A stretch of DNA of 11,469 bases from Candidatus Iainarchaeum sp. GTDB lineage: Archaea > Iainarchaeota > Iainarchaeia > Iainarchaeales > DTGL01. Below are positions 6,320 through 11,469 of the stretch, in pieces (the first letter of the stretch is position 1; each line of letters begins with the position of its first letter). A program made the position numbers and the translations under genes. The notes beneath the pieces were generated by a model. That model searched no databases, was not told the DNA's origin, and saw nothing but the letters and a program-made list of their open reading frames with translations. The stretch spans positions 1 through 11,469 of the forward strand of contig JAVYME010000034.1 in NCBI GenBank assembly GCA_038736825.1, given 5' to 3'.

Positions 6320-7418
6320 GCAAAAAACAGCAGTGCTTTTGTTGTTTTTTTCTTTCTTTTTGCTTTCATTTAATGCTCTAGCCCTAGATGTAAAAATAAA
6401 CGTTAAAAATTCTTTTGCTTCAGGAGAGACTGTTTTTTTTGAATACTCTATAACAACAGACAAAAGCATTGAAATTGCATTTGTGCCCCAAATAGAATGC
6501 GAAGCCATGCCTCTTCCAACAACTCCACAGAAAAACATTCGCTTGGAAGCAGGAAAAACCTTTTCAGGAAGATTAAACGGTGCTCTTGCAGACGAAGCAC
6601 TATACCGGCAGGACTGCAATGCAAAAATCAAAATTCTTTCGCCTACAACAGCAACATTCCAGAAAAAGTTTACGGTTATTCCGCCAAAAGCCATTGATTT
6701 GGAATTGAAAACCTGCAAAAGCCAGGAGTGCCTTGAACAGGAAAAAACATTCATTTCCGGCACAACAGTTTTCCTTTCTTTTTCCTCCAGTGCAGAAAAA
6801 CCAGCAATTGATGCCAACCTAGAGTTTCCGGATGGAACAATAAAAAAAATCTCGCTGCCCTATTCCTTCAATGCTGCAAGCATTGGAACCTATTCCCTTA
6901 CCGTAAAAGCCTTTGCGCCAGAATTCAAGGAAGAAACAAAAACAACCAGTTTTGCGGTTTTGGAAAAAGAACCCGAAATCATTGAAGAAAAATACGGTCC
7001 AGAATTTGAATTAAAAGCCTGCAAAGAACAGGAATGCATTAATGAAAGCAAAGAATTCAGTGCCGGAGAAAGCGCATTCCTGGCATTCAATTCCCCATAC
7101 GAGGGCATTCAAGTGAACGCCATAATAGTGTCACCTGATGAAACACGAAAGGAAACAAGGCTGCCGGCAAAAATAGAACTATCACAAGCAGGCCCTTACA
7201 TAATAGAGGCTGTTGCGGAAAAGAAGGGCTTTTCAGGGCAAACAAGGATAATGGCGCTTGAAGTGAAACAACCTAGTTTCACTCCATTGCCTGAAAAAAA
7301 AGAAGAAGGGGAAACAATTGATTTTGTTCTCGTTGGAGGCGCGCTCTTTGCAATAAGCATTATAGCCCTGATAATACTCATTTATTTTGAAAAAAGAGAG
7401 GAAAAAGTGGAATTATAG
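6312..7418 (+). CDS. Type I membrane protein with three homologous beta-sandwich (Ig-like) repeats
   Basis: ATG 6312 overlaps the giant ORF's stop (ATGAATAG, 6312-6319). An imperfect SD, AGGCGGT, lies at 6297-6303. The signal peptide is MNRQKTAVLLLFFSFFLLSFNALA. Three ~95-100-aa repeats share F..GE/T..F[FL].[FY][SN]: FASGETVFFEYS, FISGTTVFLSFS and FSAGESAFLAFN. Repeats 2 and 3 each open with ELK.CK.QEC. The C-terminal anchor is IDFVLVGGALFAISIIALIILIYF followed by EKREEK. Confidence 0.85.
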   Translation: MNRQKTAVLLLFFSFFLLSFNALALDVKINVKNSFASGETVFFEYSITTDKSIEIAFVPQIECEAMPLPTTPQKNIRLEAGKTFSGRLNGALADEALYRQDCNAKIKILSPTTATFQKKFTVIPPKAIDLELKTCKSQECLEQEKTFISGTTVFLSFSSSAEKPAIDANLEFPDGTIKKISLPYSFNAASIGTYSLTVKAFAPEFKEETKTTSFAVLEKEPEIIEEKYGPEFELKACKEQECINESKEFSAGESAFLAFNSPYEGIQVNAIIVSPDETRKETRLPAKIELSQAGPYIIEAVAEKKGFSGQTRIMALEVKQPSFTPLPEKKEEGETIDFVLVGGALFAISIIALIILIYFEKREEKVEL

Positions 7419-7425
7419 GGCACTG

Positions 7426-7437
7426 TTTTATTTTAAT
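7426..7437 (+). promoter_or_regulatory. Candidate TATA-like element (TTTTATTTTAAT) upstream of nucS; possible leaderless transcript
   Basis: This AT box is centred ~27 nt upstream of ATG 7461, and there is no convincing SD in between. The same T-runs could instead terminate the upstream operon. Confidence 0.25.
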
Positions 7438-7460
7438 CCTTTTTCACTAAAAATAGGTTC

Positions 7461-8219
7461 ATGCAATTATCACAGGCAAAAGCAATAATAGAAGAGGCAT
7501 TGCAAAAAAAGCACTTGTTGTGCGTTGTCGGCAACTGTTTTGTTGAATACTGGGGAAGGGCTGCCTCAAAGCTTCCAAAAGGCAAGAGAATGCTTTTGGT
7601 TAAAGGCGATTCCAGCTTTGCAATACACCAAAACCGTTTGCTTAGGCCTGTAAACTATATGATGAATGCAATTGTTTCAAGCGAGGTGCGTGAAGGCGTT
7701 CTAGTGGTTTGTGCTGAGAAAAGAAAGCCTTTGGAAAAAATAATTGTTTCTTTTTATGATGTGAGTTTTGCCCAGGCTTTTGAAATGAATGATTCAAGCG
7801 ATTTGCGGTTGTTTGGCTCGGAAGCTGAATTAAGCAATGAGTTAATGCAGGACTTGTCTTTTATTGAGCCTGGCTTAAAGCCAGCTAACCGGGAATGCCC
7901 TTTCAGAAAGGGAATGGTGGATATAATAGCGGAGGATTCTCAAGGCAATCTTGTAGTGATTGAGGTGAAAAGGAGAAAGGCTGACTATAAGGCGGTTTCA
8001 CAGCTTCAAAGGTATATGAAGGAGGTTGAAAGAATCAAGGGCAGGAAAAGCCGTGGCATTCTAGTGGCACCAGAAATTCACAAAAAAGCAAGGGAAATGC
8101 TGGAAGAATACGGTTTGGAGTTTGCAAAACTGGATTTTGAAATAGGCAATCCCAGTGCAAAAATAAAGGGAGTTAAAAGAAAGCAGTGCACTCTGGCGGG
8201 TTTTTCAAGTGAAAAATGA
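7461..8219 (+). CDS. nucS: Endonuclease NucS / EndoMS (mismatch-specific RecB-like nuclease)
   Basis: At 252 aa it is the typical NucS length. The N-terminal half has C.VEYWGRAAS.L..G.R.LLVK.D.SF.IHQ......PVNYM. The C-terminal half carries the RecB-family motifs GMVDIIAED (Asp154, 7920-7922), VVIEVKRRKA (Glu168/Lys170, 7962-7970) and VSQLQRY. The C-terminal tail QCTLAGFS (8184-8207) resembles the PCNA-binding (PIP-like) peptide known for archaeal NucS. Confidence 0.9.
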   Translation: MQLSQAKAIIEEALQKKHLLCVVGNCFVEYWGRAASKLPKGKRMLLVKGDSSFAIHQNRLLRPVNYMMNAIVSSEVREGVLVVCAEKRKPLEKIIVSFYDVSFAQAFEMNDSSDLRLFGSEAELSNELMQDLSFIEPGLKPANRECPFRKGMVDIIAEDSQGNLVVIEVKRRKADYKAVSQLQRYMKEVERIKGRKSRGILVAPEIHKKAREMLEEYGLEFAKLDFEIGNPSAKIKGVKRKQCTLAGFSSEK

Positions 8220-8472
8220 AAAAATATATAGAGAAATTGAAAGAATAAGGAAAAAGGAAAGTGAAAGGATAGGGCAGTTCCTTTTAGGAATTGCAATCCT
8301 TACCTTTTTTGTTTTTTTCCTGTTTGCTGGCTTTCTCGGAAAAAGCCTTTCTTGGACTGCATACTTTCTCTCCATGGCGGTTTTGATTGGATGGCTTGCA
8401 TATAACATTTTAAAACTGGAATCAGAAAAGAATGAGCTCGAGGAAAAAGTATTTAAACAACCAAAGAGTTAA
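8209..8472 (+). CDS. Small (87 aa) two-TM membrane protein, unknown function
   Basis: GTG start at 8209 overlaps the nucS 3' end by 11 nt. No ATG would retain both hydrophobic segments. The protein has a charged N-helix (KNEKIYREIERIRKKESER), TM1 FLLGIAILTFFVFFLFAGFLG, TM2 WTAYFLSMAVLIGWLAYNIL and a charged C-helix (KLESEKNELEEK). The coherent topology argues that it is real, but the weak start context keeps confidence moderate. Confidence 0.55.
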   Translation: MKNEKIYREIERIRKKESERIGQFLLGIAILTFFVFFLFAGFLGKSLSWTAYFLSMAVLIGWLAYNILKLESEKNELEEKVFKQPKS

Positions 8473-8487
8473 TATTGTGTGGTTTTA

Positions 8488-9642
8488 ATGAAACCAAAAC
8501 ATGCACTTATTGTGTTGGCGGCATTTCTTGCAATCTTGTTTTTAAGCGGGTGCATGCAGCCCCCGCTGGAAAACACTCAAACAATAAATTTTTACAAGTT
8601 CAAGCTTGACGGCAGCTTTGAATCAGGAACAGAAATGACTGGCACTCTCACAAGTGCGGCTGACGAGTGGACTGACTGCCAGGCAAAAATCAGTTCTTTG
8701 TTTGACATGATTATTGCTTTCAGCCAGATGCAAACAGACTTGAATGCAGAGCAAAAGCAACAAATTGAAAACTTGAAAAAAATAAAGGAAATGATTAAGT
8801 GCGAATTCGTGCAAGACAAGCAGTCAAACACTGGAAAATTCACTCTTTACATGCTGGTGACAGAGCAAAACATGAGTGCACTGGAAGCCCTAGCGCAAAA
8901 AGAAGAGGACAAAGAAAAGCTAAGGAACATGGTGAAAAAAAACCCTGATGGCACAATAGAAGTGAACATGGAACTGGCTGCCTCAACTCAGACAAGCAGC
9001 CTTAACCTTGGAGGGCAAACACCGGAAAAACCAAAAGAAATCCGGTTTTTCATTGAAGGCGAAGTCCTTGAATTCACTCCCCAAACATATGCAAAAGAGG
9101 AAGGCTATTATTCTTTCAAGGATCCTGCAACCCTTGAAGGGCAAAAAATCCACATAAAGTACGGGCAGCCGGTTATGCCTTTGTTCTCTTTCATGGGAAT
9201 AGACTTTACAATGGAAACACTTCTAATTGCAAGCGGAGCAATATTTTTATTGCTCATAATAATAATTGCCTTGTTGTTTTTAAAGGGCAAAAAGAAAAAA
9301 ACAGTTGAACAGCCAAAGCCAGCGCAAAGCACTGCCTTCGCTCAAACTGAAAGGGATGCAGAAATTAGAGCAGAAAAGGAAAGGATTGCGCGAGAAATGC
9401 AGGCAGCAACAGAAAGACAGCAGCAAATGGTTTTTGAAACCAAAAAACCCCAGCCTCCTTTAAGCCCAGCAAAACCGGCTGCAGCAGTGCAAGGCAGTGA
9501 AGAGGCAAAAATTGAAAGGCTTGTATTGCTGCTAAAACCAAAAGCCAAAGAGTACACTTCACGGGAAATCAAAGAAGCAATCATTGCTGAAGGCTATTCT
9601 GAGGCTATCGCCAGCGAGGTCTTGAAAAGGCTGGGTGTTTGA
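8488..9642 (+). CDS. Lipobox-bearing bitopic membrane protein with a ~130-aa cytoplasmic tail, unknown family
   Basis: The track starts at GTG 8479, but ATG 8488 gives the canonical MKPKHALIVLAAFLAILFLSGC with lipobox L-S-G-C (Cys at 8551-8553). The ectodomain is ~215 aa with 2 Cys. A second TM (LLIASGAIFLLLIIIIALLFL, ~9222-9284) is followed by KGKKKK, which implies a cytoplasmic tail. The tail has a charged coiled segment (ERDAEIRAEKERIAREMQAATERQQQ), a Pro-rich linker and a terminal helical module ...YTSREIKEAIIAEGYSEAIASEVLKRLGV (9499-9639). Confidence 0.8.
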   Translation: MKPKHALIVLAAFLAILFLSGCMQPPLENTQTINFYKFKLDGSFESGTEMTGTLTSAADEWTDCQAKISSLFDMIIAFSQMQTDLNAEQKQQIENLKKIKEMIKCEFVQDKQSNTGKFTLYMLVTEQNMSALEALAQKEEDKEKLRNMVKKNPDGTIEVNMELAASTQTSSLNLGGQTPEKPKEIRFFIEGEVLEFTPQTYAKEEGYYSFKDPATLEGQKIHIKYGQPVMPLFSFMGIDFTMETLLIASGAIFLLLIIIIALLFLKGKKKKTVEQPKPAQSTAFAQTERDAEIRAEKERIAREMQAATERQQQMVFETKKPQPPLSPAKPAAAVQGSEEAKIERLVLLLKPKAKEYTSREIKEAIIAEGYSEAIASEVLKRLGV

Positions 9643-9660
9643 GGAATGAAGGCTTTTTCA
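9643..9660 (+). terminator. Candidate oligo-T archaeal terminator after ORF 8488-9642
   Basis: A T5 run at 9654-9658 begins 12 nt after the stop codon (GAGGAATGAAGGCTTTTTCA). Archaeal RNA polymerase terminates at oligo-T tracts. There is no experimental support. Confidence 0.3.
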
Positions 9661-9852
9661 AGAGGCTTCCCCTAAATCCACTTCCATTTCTTCATCTGGA
9701 GAATCCTCTTTCACGAGTTCCCGAAGGATTGCGTCAAGCTTTCCTTTCGGCTTTCTTTTTTCGAAGGCATCCACGGCAAATCAGACACATTGAAACAGCG
9801 AAAAGTTAATTAAAGTATCTCAAAAGCAAACAAGCCAAATTAAAACACCAGC

Positions 9853-9864
9853 AAAACATTTATA
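9853..9864 (+). promoter_or_regulatory. Candidate BRE/TATA (AAAACATTTATA) for ORF 9916-10950
   Basis: A purine-rich stretch followed by TTTATA (9859-9864) lies ~55 nt upstream of the ATG. The GGAGG at 9905-9909 would fall in the resulting short leader. Confidence 0.35.
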
Positions 9865-9904
9865 GCAAGTATTAACAAAAAATACTCTTGCTTTTTTGAA
9901 ATTT

Positions 9905-9909
9905 GGAGG
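9905..9909 (+). promoter_or_regulatory. Shine-Dalgarno site (GGAGG) for ORF 9916-10950
   Basis: The sequence reads GGAGG-AAAAAA-ATG. Confidence 0.6.
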
Positions 9910-9915
9910 AAAAAA

Positions 9916-10950
9916 ATGCAGTTCCGCATGCCTTCATTGCACCCTAACAAAAACAGAATCAAAAGACTTAAGCGCCAAGCAAGGTTTTTGCAAAAACAAG
10001 GTTTAAACAGGAGAGAGAGAAGAGCACACATAATTGCAAGTCAAAACAATGCAAGAAAAAAACTCTCCATTGCAAGGAAGCCTTTAGAGTTGCAGGAAAT
10101 CCAGTTTAGAGCACAAAACAAGGCAGAAAAGCTCTATGAAAGACTGCAAAAGGAAAAAGATCCAAAAAAAAGGCGAAAGCTCATTGAAAGCTTGGGAAGC
10201 ACTCGCGTTTTCCAAGCAAGATATGTAACTTTTTTTTGGTCCATTGCTGAAAACCGCCGCCTTGGAGTAAGTGAAAGAATTGCCGCAATAAAGGCAATAG
10301 AAAACATGTCAGGACTTTATTCCACCAAAGTTTTACTTCAAATAGCTGAAAGGCTTCCCTTAAGCGATATTGCCTCAATTGAAATTCTCAACATTGTTTC
10401 AAAAAAAATCCGTGACCGGCCAGAAGAGGCAAAAAAAGCCATGAGGGAAATCGGCTTGCAAAAAAGAAAGATTTTGTTATGCTATCATCTTGCAAACCAT
10501 CCTTCACGCCAAGCAATAAAATTGCTTTCTGAAGTTTTGCTTCCTGGCTCGCTCAAAATCCAAGAGCATTCCACTAAAATCACTCCTGAAATGAGGGAAG
10601 GCATTCAGGCATTGCTTAAGGATAACGCGTTGCTTGGCGAGAGCAAAGAAGAAGCAATAAAGCTATTAAAAAAAATCCAGCTAGAGGCACAAAAATCTGA
10701 AAGCTCCGCCTTTAACCTTTATTCCAACATTTTCATATCAGGCATTATTGCTTCATCAATAAAGACTTGGTTTAAAAACTTTGGATATGAAATTCCAATA
10801 GACAAAGCCATTGCAACCAACCTTGTTGAAAGGCTTGAAGCACAACTGGAACAACTTCAAAAAATTAGTGGAATGAAGGAAGCACGCTTTGCAATCCAAA
10901 AAACCATGGGCGCAATTGCAATAGTTAAAAAATTCACTCCACCACATTAA
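9916..10950 (+). CDS. Hypothetical protein with a highly basic N-terminus and HEAT/ARM-like helical repeats
   Basis: ATG 9916 is preceded by GGAGG (9905-9909) with a 6-nt spacer and by TTTATA at 9859-9864. The N-terminal ~100 aa are Lys/Arg-rich (NKNRIKRLKRQARFLQKQGLNRRERRAH...KKRRK). Helical units with the PBS-lyase/HEAT-like signature then recur: ERIAAIKAIENM, SRQAIKLLSEVL and KEEAIKLLKKI. No specific family was recognised. Confidence 0.75.
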   Translation: MQFRMPSLHPNKNRIKRLKRQARFLQKQGLNRRERRAHIIASQNNARKKLSIARKPLELQEIQFRAQNKAEKLYERLQKEKDPKKRRKLIESLGSTRVFQARYVTFFWSIAENRRLGVSERIAAIKAIENMSGLYSTKVLLQIAERLPLSDIASIEILNIVSKKIRDRPEEAKKAMREIGLQKRKILLCYHLANHPSRQAIKLLSEVLLPGSLKIQEHSTKITPEMREGIQALLKDNALLGESKEEAIKLLKKIQLEAQKSESSAFNLYSNIFISGIIASSIKTWFKNFGYEIPIDKAIATNLVERLEAQLEQLQKISGMKEARFAIQKTMGAIAIVKKFTPPH

Positions 10951-10964
10951 AGGCAAAAACTGTT

Positions 10965-11469
10965 TCATTTAAGCAATGCCTCTATTTCAAGCAACCTATT
11001 GTATTTTTCTGTGCGCTCGCTTCTCGCCACAGCTCCAAACTTGCATTGCGTTGCCCCAATGCCAACCGCGAGATCCGAAATAAAGGAATCACAGGTTTCA
11101 CCGCTCCTGTGAGAAATAATCACACTCCACTTGTTCTTGAAAGCAAGCCTTGCTGCCTCAAAAGATTCAGTGAGAGTGCCTATCTGGTTGACTTTTAAAA
11201 GCAGGGAATTGCATGCCTTCAACTCTATTGCTTTGAGAATGCGCTTGGTGTTTGTAACCAGCAAGTCATCACCCACAATTTGCAGCTTTCCACCAAACCT
11301 TTCAGTGAATTCCCGCCAGCCACTCCAGTCCTCTTCTGCAAAACCATCCTCTATGGAATAAATTGGAAAACGCTTGCACAAGCCAGCATAATATTCTCCC
11401 AATTCCCTTGGAGAGAAAGCCCTTTCCCCAAGCCAGTATTTTCCATTTTCAAAAAACTCTGAAGCCGCT
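10965..11469 (-). CDS. eno: Enolase (phosphopyruvate hydratase), C-terminal ~167 codons; 5' end outside the window
   Basis: The minus-strand frame is open to the window edge, so the TTG at 11402 in the track is not the real start. Upstream codons read AASEFFENGKYWLGERAFSPREL. Diagnostic blocks are PIYSIEDGFAEEDW, LQIVGDDLLVTN, LLLKVNQIGTLTES and ISHRSGETCDSFISDLAVG...GAVARSERTEKYNRLLEIE. Stop is at 10965-10967. Confidence 0.93.
   Translation of the reverse strand, partial: AASEFFENGKYWLGERAFSPRELGEYYAGLCKRFPIYSIEDGFAEEDWSGWREFTERFGGKLQIVGDDLLVTNTKRILKAIELKACNSLLLKVNQIGTLTESFEAARLAFKNKWSVIISHRSGETCDSFISDLAVGIGATQCKFGAVARSERTEKYNRLLEIEALLK

Noticed and set aside
6293-6817. A 174-aa minus-strand ORF antisense to the 5' half of ORF 6312-7418 (and smaller ones at 6497-6697 +, 6890-7108 -, 7196-7381 -)
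   Set aside because: The plus-strand frame has a signal peptide, three homologous repeats, a TM anchor and coupling to the upstream gene. The antisense product has no such features.
7300-7418. Possible archaeosortase (PGF-CTERM-like) sorting signal at the C-terminus of the 368-aa protein
   Set aside because: The tripartite shape (linker, TM, charged tail) is present, but there is no PGF/PEF/VPXXXP-type signature ahead of the TM (the sequence is ...GETIDFVLVGG...). A plain TM anchor is the simpler reading.
7461-8219. Reading the RecB-like nuclease as part of a restriction or defence system, given its odd neighbourhood
   Set aside because: It has the full two-domain NucS/EndoMS architecture, length and C-terminal clamp-binding-like tail of the housekeeping mismatch endonuclease. 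No methylase, helicase, ATPase or other defence partner is adjacent.
8078-9584. Antisense or off-frame ORFs 8078-8296 -, 8205-8408 -, 8592-8843 -, 8623-8814 -, 9108-9332 -, 9342-9584 - and 9365-9562 -, and the GTG 8479 extension (MVL-) of the lipobox gene
   Set aside because: They are shadow ORFs of nucS, the small TM gene and the lipobox gene. ATG 8488 gives a canonical n-region/h-region/lipobox, so the 3-codon GTG extension is unnecessary.
9840-11462. Track ORFs 9840-10031 -, 10181-10378 -, 10756-10968 -, 11131-11361 + and 11280-11462 +
   Set aside because: These are antisense or overlapping shadows of the HEAT-like gene and of enolase. The enolase frame is unambiguous from conserved blocks.
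1-11469. Scan for CRISPR arrays, tRNA/rRNA genes, transposases/integrases, terminal inverted repeats or long direct repeats marking a mobile island
   Set aside because: By eye I found no regularly spaced repeats, cloverleaf-capable GC-rich segments, recombinase motifs or matching repeat pairs at the block borders. The only repeats are intragenic (the Pro/Thr stalk and the protein-domain duplications). A computational repeat or tRNA scan is still needed to exclude short elements.

Overview
This is an AT-rich, gene-dense window that reads as archaeal. The evidence is a full-length NucS/EndoMS, an archaeal-type enolase tail (GAVARSERTEKYN), and TTTATA-type boxes upstream of genes combined with GGAGG Shine-Dalgarno sites. 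The Lys-rich proteins, tiny intergenic gaps and many orphan surface proteins would fit a small-genome (DPANN-like) archaeon, but that is inference only. Housekeeping genes bracket the window: the 3' end of an M24 peptidase (1-125, +) and the 3' part of enolase (10965-11469, -). nucS sits in the middle (7461-8219). The other seven ORFs are orphans, and six of them are predicted secreted or membrane proteins. They comprise two tandem paralogous exported proteins (226-2049, -), a 1,386-aa membrane-anchored mosaic protein (2159-6319), and an 8-nt-overlapping type I membrane protein with three beta-sandwich repeats (6312-7418). There is also an 87-aa two-TM protein overlapping the nucS stop, and a lipobox protein with a second TM and a cytoplasmic tail (8488-9642). 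A basic HEAT-like protein (9916-10950) completes the set. The giant protein is the most interesting object. It carries a Pro/Thr stalk, a ~470-aa orphan region, a cysteine knot matching the CS-alpha/beta (defensin) pattern, CWB2-like alpha/beta repeats and a clan-CD (gingipain/C25-like) His/Cys protease core. I saw no rRNA, tRNA, CRISPR array, transposase or integrase. All homology statements come from motif recall, not from database searches.
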